Positions 48,926 through 58,277 of a stretch of 64,000 nt of DNA are shown here, piece by piece (the stretch's first letter is position 1; every line of letters begins with the position of its first letter). The stretch is taken from positions 20,936-84,935 of IMG/VR virus record IMGVR_UViG_3300032292_001093; one strand, 5' to 3'. The position numbers and the translations under genes were made by a program. This DNA comes from a virus (taxonomy: Duplodnaviria > Caudoviricetes). The notes beneath the pieces are model-generated. The model was not told the origin of the DNA and did not search any database. It saw only the letters and a program-made list of their open reading frames with translations.

Positions 48926-49357
48926 TTAAGCGATAAATTCATCTTCTACTTTACCATCTTTCTTTTGTTCTTGGTAAAGCTCTTCAACTTTATTAGCTCT
49001 TGCTACTTTTTCAACACCATATTTATTAACAATAGCTGAGAAAGTATTTAAATCAGTTTTAATAAACTTGATTTTACCAGTTTCAATGTTGATATTGATT
49101 TTATCAATTTCTTGTTCCATTAAAATTACAATCGATTCATCATCAAAAACACTAACTAAGTCATCATTAATAGAAACTAAGATTTCTTTTTGAAGAACAA
49201 AAGCAAAATGATCCGGAATCTTTGTTACTTTGATAAGTTCTTTTTGTTTTTCGCAACCTACGAATTGGAATTTAATACTCACTGGGAAGGATTTTTTGTT
49301 AAAGACTTCATAAAATCTTGCGATTGCGTCTTCTGATACCTCATAAAATTTATCCAT
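48926..49357 (-). CDS. Hypothetical protein (possibly degenerate phage metallopeptidase fold)
   Basis: ILMEQEIDKI where HELxH would be; TAAAC-N18-TATAAA promoter upstream. Confidence 0.55.
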   Translation of the reverse strand: MDKFYEVSEDAIARFYEVFNKKSFPVSIKFQFVGCEKQKELIKVTKIPDHFAFVLQKEILVSINDDLVSVFDDESIVILMEQEIDKININIETGKIKFIKTDLNTFSAIVNKYGVEKVARANKVEELYQEQKKDGKVEDEFIA

Positions 49358-49410
49358 ATTTTTAGAATTTATATTTTTTATTTATAAGTTCTGTAGTGGT
49401 GAAAGTTTAC

Positions 49411-49857
49411 TTAAAAAAGTAAAATAAGTAATAAAATTAAAGATATAACTGAAACAACTGGAATTACTCTATATCTTAAATTATCATAATATTTATTACT
49501 TCTAAATGTGTCGTTAGGTAGTGAAAATCCTAAAACAACAAGATATGAATATTTATCAACTTTTTTAACCTCATAAAAATCATACATTTCTTTTAATCCC
49601 TTTGAGTCTAAATACTCTGAAATCTTAACGGTATATTCTCTTATAGATGTCTCAGCCAGTTTATCAATATCAGACTTTCTAAGATTATAAGGTTCTCCTA
49701 TCATTTCAGCAGGTATATTAAGAACATTATATATTCTATAAGCATTATCAATTCTAGCACCAAAAACTTGTTCTAGTTCGATCTTATTTAATTTAAGAAT
49801 TTTCCTAAATTCTCTAAATATTTTTATTTTTTTAAAAAAAGAAATTTTATTTGCCAT
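49411..49857 (-). CDS. C-terminally anchored membrane protein
   Basis: C-terminal hydrophobic helix; TAAAC-N17-TATAAT upstream. Confidence 0.65.
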   Translation of the reverse strand: MANKISFFKKIKIFREFRKILKLNKIELEQVFGARIDNAYRIYNVLNIPAEMIGEPYNLRKSDIDKLAETSIREYTVKISEYLDSKGLKEMYDFYEVKKVDKYSYLVVLGFSLPNDTFRSNKYYDNLRYRVIPVVSVISLILLLILLF

Positions 49858-49886
49858 ATTAATTATATTATTTAATATTAATTTGT

Positions 49887-52800
49887 TTAACCATCACCCT
49901 TACTTCCCATGTCAGCATTTGTTTCTTTTGGATTATGTAAGTATAAGTTAATTCCCTGAGCCTCATCTTTAATTGTTTTCAATAATAAAATAACTTTATC
50001 TAGTTTTTGTAATTGTGTTTCACCTTTAGCATCTTTATGATAAGATTCATCTGTTTTTTTACTTTGAACACCGGTAGCACCAGCGCCTGCCTTTACGGCT
50101 GGTCTTTTGCCTAATTCAGCAGTTTGTATTTGTAACATATTAGCAAATACACCACTTCTACTTTCTAATACTTTTAACATATTACTAAACATAGTAGAAT
50201 CCATAGCAGATAACATTGCTAAGTTACCAGTCAATACTCTAAATTCATGTAATTTACCAACATTTAAACCATTAATAGCTCCACTAAAATTCTTAACAGC
50301 TTTAGCCAAAGTATCATAAGCATTAGCAATCTTAACCATACCTTTAGCAACTCTAGAAATAGGATCTAATCCTAACATCTCATCAAGAACGGATTGACCT
50401 TTTTGTTTTTTAGAAAGATTATTTGCTAATTCAGCAAATGTCATAACATTTGATGCTATACTCTTCATATAATTTGGATCTATTTTAAATCCAAATAATC
50501 CTTTATTCTTATGAAGAATACGAGCAGTAACAACCAATTGATTTACAACTTTATTAATAATTCCAACATCAGCGGCTCTAGTAGTTTCAATAGAATACTT
50601 ACCAAACGGACCAAGACTCATAGTTTTAACCTCGTTAATAGTAAGAATTTTTTCAAGTATTCTAGTTAATTTAGCATAATTTTCTAAATTCCAGTGTAGA
50701 TTATAAACCCAATTCGTATCTAATTTAAAATCTTTGAAAAACTTTTGATTACTCCATAATATTCTAGCAGTATCAACCATTTGACTAACAATTCTATTAA
50801 TAATAGAAACATCTTTCATTTTTCTAACTGTTGTAGTTGTAGTTGATTGACCAAATCCTAAGAAACCTCCTTGTTTTAGTGTTGCTTTTTCATCATAGCC
50901 TAGTATTTTATCAAGTTGACTGGTTAATGCGGCATAAGGCAAAACATTTTTAGACAAATTAAATACCCATTTAGGGTCTAACATAAACTTGAAATATTTT
51001 TGACTATCAAAAAGCATTCTAGCAGAAGAAGATATATTAGATATAGCACTTCTTAAAATCATAGAATTTATTGTAAATCTAGCCATTGTAAGACCCTTAT
51101 CTTCTATTGCTTGGAAGATATCCATAAATCCAACAACTGTTGATTTCACACCACTGGCCCATTGTTCACTTGGATAAGAACCCCAAATATCACCAGCCTT
51201 AAAGAAAGCAAGACCAGAAGAAACTAAAGCAGCAGTAATATATTTAATACCTTTTAGCATATTACCAATAACCTCATCACCTGAAGTAAACCAACCAGTA
51301 TCTTCACTAAGTGCCTTAAATACAGGAGCAAAGGCATTTAATGCCGCGCCCACACCTTTACCCCAATTTTCAGAAGGATAACCTTCATCAAAGGTAGCTT
51401 TATTTGCGGCAAATATATTAGCAGAATCAATAATACCTCTTGAAATAGTTATAATAGCCGCGCTCATTTTTTGACCACCACTGAACGGGAAATCTTCCAA
51501 CATTTTATAAACAGGAGCAAAAGCACCAATTGCTAAACCTACTCCTTGAGACCATTCTTTAGATGGACCATTGATAAAGGCGGCTTTATTATTAGCAAAG
51601 AAACCAGCAGCATCAACTATACCACGAGATACTGTTTTAATAGCTGTGGCAAAATCATCTGGACCAACTCCACCACCTCCAAATAATGAAAGTATAGAGT
51701 TAGCCATCATCATAGCATAAACAGGAGCAAAAGCGCCCAAAGCTAAAGCTATACCACCTGCCCAAGCCAAAGTAGGACCACCGGTATATTTACCTTTTTC
51801 TAAAATAAGAGATGCTTGTACAATTGTATCAGCAACAGTTAAAACAGCCTCAGCACCAGCGGCTAACATAAGACCACCAATTCCAAATGTACCTATAATA
51901 AGAGCACCTAAGACCACCATACCAGCAGTAAATGCCGCCATAGAAATAGCAACAGAAGCTGACCAAGATAAAGGTGGATAATTACCATACTTACCAGCAG
52001 CAAGTATATAAGAGGAAGCAGTAATAGTAGCAGCAACTATAAGAACCATACCGGCACCAGCCAATATAGCAAGAGCACCAAATCCAGACATGGCGATAGC
52101 TCCTAATAGTACAATAGCTGGTGTAAATGCGATTAATGAAAGACCTACACCTAATGCCCATTTCCAATCTGGATATTTCTTATAATTACCCAAGGCTAAA
52201 ATATGTGAAGAAACCATCACAGCAACCGCAATAACAACTATTAAAAGTGTGCCTATGAGAGCGTCTTTGATACCAACTTTCATTTTATTGAATAAAGCCA
52301 TAACACCACCAATCGCAGCAGCAACAACGGCAAGAGCAACACCATATAATACTAACTTAAATAGTGTAGCGGCTGGTATAGTCTTAGCCATTGATAAGAT
52401 ATAAGAAGATGCTGTTATAGCAATAGCCACTAAAACCATAAATACAGGTATTTTAGGAACATCACTCCATTTCATTGTACTGATACCATTAACTATTTGT
52501 TTTATACCATAAGAAATAACAACAAATACAGCAGCAACACCAACAGCAGTTAGGAATTGAGAAAAACTAATTGGTTTTATTTTACCTAAAGCTACTGATG
52601 AATAAGCAATAGCGTAAGAAACAGCAACTAAAACAATTGGTAACATAAGAGCACCAACTATCATAGTAGCTGGACTTAAACCCTCAAACGATTTTAATAA
52701 TTTTCTAATACCAAAGGCAATTACGGCAAAAACAATGGCAATACCAACAGCTGTTAAGAATTGAACAAATCCAATTGGTTTAATCAATTGGAAAGCATAT

Positions 52801-53747
52801 GAAGCACCAGCAATACCTAGAGCAATTGCGGGTAGTATTAGAGGTAAGAAAATAACCGCTTGTAATAAATCTTTTGGATTTAAACCATCAAAAGACTTTA
52901 ATAACTTTCTAATACCAAATGAGATAATAGCAAATACAATACCTATACCAACAGCTGTTAAGAATTGAGAAAATCCAATTGGTTTAATCAATTGGAAAGC
53001 CCAAGAGGCAAAGGCTATACCTAAGGCAATAGCCGGTAAAATAATAGCAAATCCAACAACAGATTTAATTAACTGACCCCAAGACATTTCCTTAAATGCC
53101 ATCAAGAACTTATAAATTGATGGCCCTAGCATCGCAAATGTCAAAGCAATAAATGTAGCCGTAAAGAATTTACTAAATGATAATGGCGTAACCATTGATA
53201 ATATCATTGAAGAGAGTGTTATACCAATAGATATAGAGGTTATTGCTATTATAAAGTTAACAGCATCGACTTTAGGATTAAATCCAGCTTCTTTTAATAT
53301 CTTATGTATTTTAGCAAAGCCAATAGCTAATAAAGGCAAGGCTATAGATAAAGCTATAACTGAAAAGAAATTAACTTTACCAATTAAAAGAAAAGCGGCA
53401 CCAATTGCCAAAACAGCCACAGCTATAAGTAAAATAACACCTAGACCTTCTTTGAAATTCTTTTGAGCTGTTTTATCTTTACCTAAACCTTCAGCAACAT
53501 TTTCTTTTTTACCACTTTTACTCTTAGCCATATTCATAATGGTTTGCTGATTAGCTAAGATTTGTTTAGTATCTTTTTGTAAAGCTTTTACACCTACATT
53601 GATTTCTTTAATTTCTTTAACAAAATCACCACCTTTCATGGCTTTTGCGGTAGCAGACTGTGCCTCACTCTTATCTTTAAGAGCGGCAGCAATGTCTTCT
53701 AGTGCTAAAGACAAATTACTTAAACTATCTAGTAACTTCTTATCCAT
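49887..53747 (-). CDS. Tape-measure-like protein with many hydrophobic repeats
   Basis: 1286 aa, Ala/Gly/Ile-rich helical repeats (FQLIKPIGFSQFLTAVG.. and YP..W..GVG.A..AF); late box upstream. Confidence 0.65.
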   Translation of the reverse strand: MDKKLLDSLSNLSLALEDIAAALKDKSEAQSATAKAMKGGDFVKEIKEINVGVKALQKDTKQILANQQTIMNMAKSKSGKKENVAEGLGKDKTAQKNFKEGLGVILLIAVAVLAIGAAFLLIGKVNFFSVIALSIALPLLAIGFAKIHKILKEAGFNPKVDAVNFIIAITSISIGITLSSMILSMVTPLSFSKFFTATFIALTFAMLGPSIYKFLMAFKEMSWGQLIKSVVGFAIILPAIALGIAFASWAFQLIKPIGFSQFLTAVGIGIVFAIISFGIRKLLKSFDGLNPKDLLQAVIFLPLILPAIALGIAGASYAFQLIKPIGFVQFLTAVGIAIVFAVIAFGIRKLLKSFEGLSPATMIVGALMLPIVLVAVSYAIAYSSVALGKIKPISFSQFLTAVGVAAVFVVISYGIKQIVNGISTMKWSDVPKIPVFMVLVAIAITASSYILSMAKTIPAATLFKLVLYGVALAVVAAAIGGVMALFNKMKVGIKDALIGTLLIVVIAVAVMVSSHILALGNYKKYPDWKWALGVGLSLIAFTPAIVLLGAIAMSGFGALAILAGAGMVLIVAATITASSYILAAGKYGNYPPLSWSASVAISMAAFTAGMVVLGALIIGTFGIGGLMLAAGAEAVLTVADTIVQASLILEKGKYTGGPTLAWAGGIALALGAFAPVYAMMMANSILSLFGGGGVGPDDFATAIKTVSRGIVDAAGFFANNKAAFINGPSKEWSQGVGLAIGAFAPVYKMLEDFPFSGGQKMSAAIITISRGIIDSANIFAANKATFDEGYPSENWGKGVGAALNAFAPVFKALSEDTGWFTSGDEVIGNMLKGIKYITAALVSSGLAFFKAGDIWGSYPSEQWASGVKSTVVGFMDIFQAIEDKGLTMARFTINSMILRSAISNISSSARMLFDSQKYFKFMLDPKWVFNLSKNVLPYAALTSQLDKILGYDEKATLKQGGFLGFGQSTTTTTVRKMKDVSIINRIVSQMVDTARILWSNQKFFKDFKLDTNWVYNLHWNLENYAKLTRILEKILTINEVKTMSLGPFGKYSIETTRAADVGIINKVVNQLVVTARILHKNKGLFGFKIDPNYMKSIASNVMTFAELANNLSKKQKGQSVLDEMLGLDPISRVAKGMVKIANAYDTLAKAVKNFSGAINGLNVGKLHEFRVLTGNLAMLSAMDSTMFSNMLKVLESRSGVFANMLQIQTAELGKRPAVKAGAGATGVQSKKTDESYHKDAKGETQLQKLDKVILLLKTIKDEAQGINLYLHNPKETNADMGSKGDG

Positions 53748-53828
53748 TAAATAATATAAATTTTACAATGTATATATAAAATAAACAAATACTTCTTAAT
53801 ATATAAATTAAGAAAGTATTATATTTGT

Positions 53829-54290
53829 ATGAGAAAAATTGAAAGAATGATTAAGTACTATTTATTTAAAAAATCTATTAAGGATATGGAATTAAATAAA
53901 ATAAAGGATAAAATCAATAAAAGAAAAACTCTAACTAAGAGAGAGATTAACTTTTTAGAATTATATCAATCAACTGTTAAAAAAGAAGACTTAAAAGACT
54001 TTTTATATTTGTCTAAAAATACTACTTTTAGTAAGATTTTAGAATTACTTGAAAACGGTATCAAAGTTATTTGTAATTTACACGACAGAAATGGTAAATT
54101 TGGTATGGAAATAGTTAAAATTGAAAACAATTTTGAGGAAGAAACCTGTAAAATAACTATGATTCACGATGAACATCATAAATTACATGATAAGTTCCTT
54201 TATAATTTAATATATAACATTAAGAAAGATGAATATTCATTAGAAGAACAAGATGAATATTTTGAAAAAATAGAATCAAAAAATGATTAA
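53829..54290 (+). CDS. Hypothetical protein (DUF6576-like N-terminal helix pair)
   Basis: LNKIKDKINKRKTLTKREINFL; true start may be downstream. Confidence 0.6.
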   Translation: MRKIERMIKYYLFKKSIKDMELNKIKDKINKRKTLTKREINFLELYQSTVKKEDLKDFLYLSKNTTFSKILELLENGIKVICNLHDRNGKFGMEIVKIENNFEEETCKITMIHDEHHKLHDKFLYNLIYNIKKDEYSLEEQDEYFEKIESKND

Positions 54291-54558
54291 ATCATTCAAA
54301 CAGTTTATTAACGAAGAAGTATCGGGTACTGAATTAGTTGGTCCAATTGGACCAGCATATGGTGAAACAAGGTTACAAAATAAAACTGTTTCTTTTCACG
54401 ATACAAATGTGATTCTATCAGAAATTGATAATGGATTCTATACAATAGACGAATACAATAATATATATAGTGATTATCTAAAACAAGGTGGAAAACCTTT
54501 ACCAGATGGATTTAATAGAGAAAACTTAGACTTAGTTATTTCTTTTATGAATGATTAA
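54283..54558 (+). CDS. Small protein with CTS-like leader (MIKSFKQFINEE)
   Basis: Leader nearly matches T4 IP CTS MKTYQEFIAE pattern. Confidence 0.7.
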   Translation: MIKSFKQFINEEVSGTELVGPIGPAYGETRLQNKTVSFHDTNVILSEIDNGFYTIDEYNNIYSDYLKQGGKPLPDGFNRENLDLVISFMND

Positions 54559-56024
54559 GCGGTAATATTAACAACGGTCAAAGCATTAGATCCGTTATAA
54601 TAAGATAATTTAACATCTAATCCTGAAGTTAAAATTATATCACAACTATACGTTCCATAAATATGTGATGGTGATGTAACCGGCGAAAGTAAACCAAAAT
54701 AACCAACCTCACACTTTATAGAGTTATATTTAAAATTATAAGATATTTCAGTAAAATTATGATAAAATTGATTAAAAAATGAATTATTACTCATATCGCC
54801 TATAAAGTTATTATAAAAAGAGCCATTTATTATATTATTATTAAAATCTCCAATTATTATATTATTATTAAAATCATTACTTATTTTATTATTTAAAGCA
54901 TTACCTTCAAAGTGATTATTATAACAAGTGCCTTCTAATTTATTATAACTCGAAGAAGTGTGAGTAAAAACATTATTTGATAATATTAAAGTGTTATTGT
55001 AAGAAGTACTTAAATATTTCTGAGAATAATTTCCTATATAATTATTAACACTAGTACCACCTACTTGAAATGTATAAAGTTCATCAAAATCACCATCATC
55101 ATATTGACCAAAATAAACTTCTTTATAGCTAGTATAATCACCTGTAGGAATTGCCAAATAAAATTGATGAAAAAGTGATGATGGTGGACTAAATGAATAA
55201 TCTGTTGGTATTATTTGAGAACCATTATTTAGTGATATCGAAGTAGGGACACTACCAGTATATAAACTATCAACTTCTACAGTAATTGTGGTATCACTAA
55301 CTTTAGTTTTAACTTTTAAACCAATAGTATAACTTTTATCACCACCCCAAACACTATGTGAGTCTAAAATTATAATATCCCCGATAGAAAGATCAGACAT
55401 AAAAGTCGTAGCAGATCCACTAACAGTTCCAGTTATACAATTCCAACTAGTTATTACACCATTCAACGGCAGTGTATCTCTTTCATAGTTTTGATATCTT
55501 TTGAATTTTATAGTTCTATGATCATAATCTGTTCTATTACCATCAACATCAATTCTTTCAGTAATTCTACCTTTAGCAGAATTACCAAACTCTGTTTCAT
55601 TCCAAGTAAAATCATATTTAATTTTATCTTTTGGATAGTCAGGTTGATAAGCATCAACTGCTAAGGTATTTTTTGAAGTAGCTAAAACAATAATTGGATA
55701 ATATGTACTAGATGTAAGACTTAAAACTGTTTTAGGCTTATCATCAAAATAAAAATCAGGCTGTTCATAAATAGATTGAAAGTCATTTATATAATAATAA
55801 GAACCTGTGGCAAATCCATTAGAACTATATAAAGAGTATAAATTTGAATATGTAGTATCTATAACTGGATTATATGTACCATCACCAATAGGTGTAGCAA
55901 CACCTGAACTATTCATATAATACAAAAGACCGCCATCACTATCGTTGCTAAAAAATTTAACGTAGTTTGAAGCTGGAGCAGATATCAAGTTATCTTGTAC
56001 TTTCTTTAATAATATATGAGACAT
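54555..56024 (-). CDS. Tail fibre/spike-like structural protein with Asn-rich beta-helix repeats
   Basis: FNNNII.GDF repeats; S/T/G-rich. Confidence 0.55.
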   Translation of the reverse strand: MSHILLKKVQDNLISAPASNYVKFFSNDSDGGLLYYMNSSGVATPIGDGTYNPVIDTTYSNLYSLYSSNGFATGSYYYINDFQSIYEQPDFYFDDKPKTVLSLTSSTYYPIIVLATSKNTLAVDAYQPDYPKDKIKYDFTWNETEFGNSAKGRITERIDVDGNRTDYDHRTIKFKRYQNYERDTLPLNGVITSWNCITGTVSGSATTFMSDLSIGDIIILDSHSVWGGDKSYTIGLKVKTKVSDTTITVEVDSLYTGSVPTSISLNNGSQIIPTDYSFSPPSSLFHQFYLAIPTGDYTSYKEVYFGQYDDGDFDELYTFQVGGTSVNNYIGNYSQKYLSTSYNNTLILSNNVFTHTSSSYNKLEGTCYNNHFEGNALNNKISNDFNNNIIIGDFNNNIINGSFYNNFIGDMSNNSFFNQFYHNFTEISYNFKYNSIKCEVGYFGLLSPVTSPSHIYGTYSCDIILTSGLDVKLSYYNGSNALTVVNITA

Positions 56025-56058
56025 TTGACTTATTTATTTTTATAACTTATATATTAAA

Positions 56059-56718
56059 TTATGATTTGCTTTTAAGTGTAATTGTAACAACAGCTGATTT
56101 ACCACCAAATCTATCTTCAGTAATTTCTTTTTCTAGATTAAAATTAGAAAAATCTATACCTCTAAAAAGACCATTCCACTTTCTATCTGTATAGTCAGAG
56201 GATCCAAAACCACCATTACATCTAACAGTGATTTTTAAATTTTCTTTATCTAAATTCTTAGTCATATTATTTGTAAAATCACTCTTTGAGGCGTTGGTTC
56301 TTAGATTCATATCATTATACAACTTTTGTATTGTAAATAAATCACCTTCAACTTTAGCTTTTTGTATAAAAGTAACTACTATATAGTGTCTCCAATTTGT
56401 ACTGATAGAAACTCTAGCACTTTCTAAACGATTTTTAAGAGCTATTAATTCATCTAAGAAATCCCAAAATTTATCATCAATAATTTGTTCTGTATATCCA
56501 CCAGATGGACCTAATTCAAAAGAATTTTTAAATTGTATATTCATTGATTTATAACCAGCAAACTCACCTTCTGTAATAACTCTTGGTGTGTTAAATGAAT
56601 ATTCAATACCTAAGTCAGTAATAGGAATAAGTAATTCATCTAATTCTTCTTTAGATAAATCAGTAATGTCTTCAGCGGATTCATTTAGATAATTAACAAA
56701 ATTCTCAAGATATCTCAT
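56059..56718 (-). CDS. Hypothetical protein with CTS-like leader (MRYLENFVNYLNES)
   Basis: ORF and shared leader. Confidence 0.7.
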   Translation of the reverse strand: MRYLENFVNYLNESAEDITDLSKEELDELLIPITDLGIEYSFNTPRVITEGEFAGYKSMNIQFKNSFELGPSGGYTEQIIDDKFWDFLDELIALKNRLESARVSISTNWRHYIVVTFIQKAKVEGDLFTIQKLYNDMNLRTNASKSDFTNNMTKNLDKENLKITVRCNGGFGSSDYTDRKWNGLFRGIDFSNFNLEKEITEDRFGGKSAVVTITLKSKS

Positions 56719-57413
56719 TACTTATTCTTTAATTTTCTGTCTAAGATTTTAGCAATATGGTCTCCAATAAAAAAGTGAACGTTTTTGATTGTATCTGTTT
56801 CAAATGTTTCAATCTCATCCATAAATTTGAATTGAAACTTATAAGTATCTAATTCCTCTTCATCAACTCTGTCTATTTTATGAATAGACAATTCCATATC
56901 ATAGTTATTATTAATGTTAATATTGAAATCAAATGTTGTTTTATCACAAGGAGTTGTTTTGAACTTAGGTTCATACTCAACATCAAAGATTGAATAATCA
57001 GTAATGTCATCTCTTCTCATATAATAGTTTAAGAACATTGCTGGTGCCTCAATAAAGTCAGAAAGAATCTGTAAATCTTCACCAAAGTTTTTAGATTCTA
57101 TGATATCTTCTATCTTCTTTTTCATATCAACCACATTTGTAAATTCTATCTTATGGTAAATACAGTTAATATCATATAAATAAATAAAAGAGTTATCAAT
57201 TATATTTCTTTTATCTAAATCCGTCTTAAATATAAATTTAGTGTGTATAATAGATGTATCTTGTGTAGATAGACCGTGAATTGAAATAACTAATTTATAA
57301 AACTCTTCATCTCTTGACATCTCATATACAGATTCAACTGTATTTACTACGCCTTTTTCTTCAACAAAGACATCTTTGAACACTTGTTCTATTTCTGATA
57401 TTTTAATTTCCAT
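56718..57413 (-). CDS. Hypothetical protein
   Basis: 231-aa ORF coupled to neighbours. Confidence 0.7.
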   Translation of the reverse strand: MEIKISEIEQVFKDVFVEEKGVVNTVESVYEMSRDEEFYKLVISIHGLSTQDTSIIHTKFIFKTDLDKRNIIDNSFIYLYDINCIYHKIEFTNVVDMKKKIEDIIESKNFGEDLQILSDFIEAPAMFLNYYMRRDDITDYSIFDVEYEPKFKTTPCDKTTFDFNININNNYDMELSIHKIDRVDEEELDTYKFQFKFMDEIETFETDTIKNVHFFIGDHIAKILDRKLKNK

Positions 57414-57415
57414 AA

Positions 57416-58180
57416 TTATTTAAATTGATTATCGTAAACTTTTCTCTTTAGTTCCATTATTTTACCAACGTAACCATTTCTTCTTAGCAACTTAAAAACT
57501 AAGTTACCTACTGAATACTCACCACTCTCAGATTCTAAACCACTTTGTCTATAATCTTTTATCTTTTTCCAAACTTTAGATATTTTTTCATCAAAAGCTT
57601 CATATTTATCTTCTTCTGATTCTTCTTCAATATCATCAACCGACATCATAATAGTTTTAGCTTTTTCAGATATAAGTTTTTCATCTGGTTCAAAATCTGC
57701 TCTTTCAGGTCTTTTAATCCATCTATTATTTAATAGTGAAAAAACACCGCCCATTCTACCACCTTCAATAGCTTTATCTAAATCATCATTATCTTGAATA
57801 GCTATTTCAACTTCGTAGTTTTTAATTTTGATATCGTGTTGAGCATTCCAAACTTTCTTAGCATAATCGCACGCCTTTTCAACTAATTCAAAATTATCAT
57901 CAATATCATCAAAGTCAATGATAACGTGTAAATCATAATCTGAATATTTTTCAGACCAATTATAATTACACAAAGAACCAGTAAGAACGATATCAACAAC
58001 ATCAGAAGATAATTCAACTTTTTCATAAAAGTCTTGAGCAATTTGTAATAATTGTTCTCTAACTTCATCTTCTAATTTAAAATCATCCCATAGCTTAGGA
58101 TTCAATTCATCTTTAAGATAAAAAGACTTAATAGGTTCTAAATCTTGTTGATTGAATTCAAAATATTTTACAAGTTTCAT
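57416..58180 (-). CDS. Pol-beta-superfamily nucleotidyltransferase
   Basis: LTGSLCNYNW...SDYDLH, third acid in VEIAIQD; start revised to ATG 58180 (MKLVKYFEF) just after AATATATA. Confidence 0.8.
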   Translation of the reverse strand: MKLVKYFEFNQQDLEPIKSFYLKDELNPKLWDDFKLEDEVREQLLQIAQDFYEKVELSSDVVDIVLTGSLCNYNWSEKYSDYDLHVIIDFDDIDDNFELVEKACDYAKKVWNAQHDIKIKNYEVEIAIQDNDDLDKAIEGGRMGGVFSLLNNRWIKRPERADFEPDEKLISEKAKTIMMSVDDIEEESEEDKYEAFDEKISKVWKKIKDYRQSGLESESGEYSVGNLVFKLLRRNGYVGKIMELKRKVYDNQFK

Positions 58181-58277
58181 ACTGTATATATTAAATTCTA
58201 TAGGCACTTTTTAATTATTCATTATATAACTTTATTGTAATTTTTAATATAATCTGTAAGAAAAAATATAAATAATT

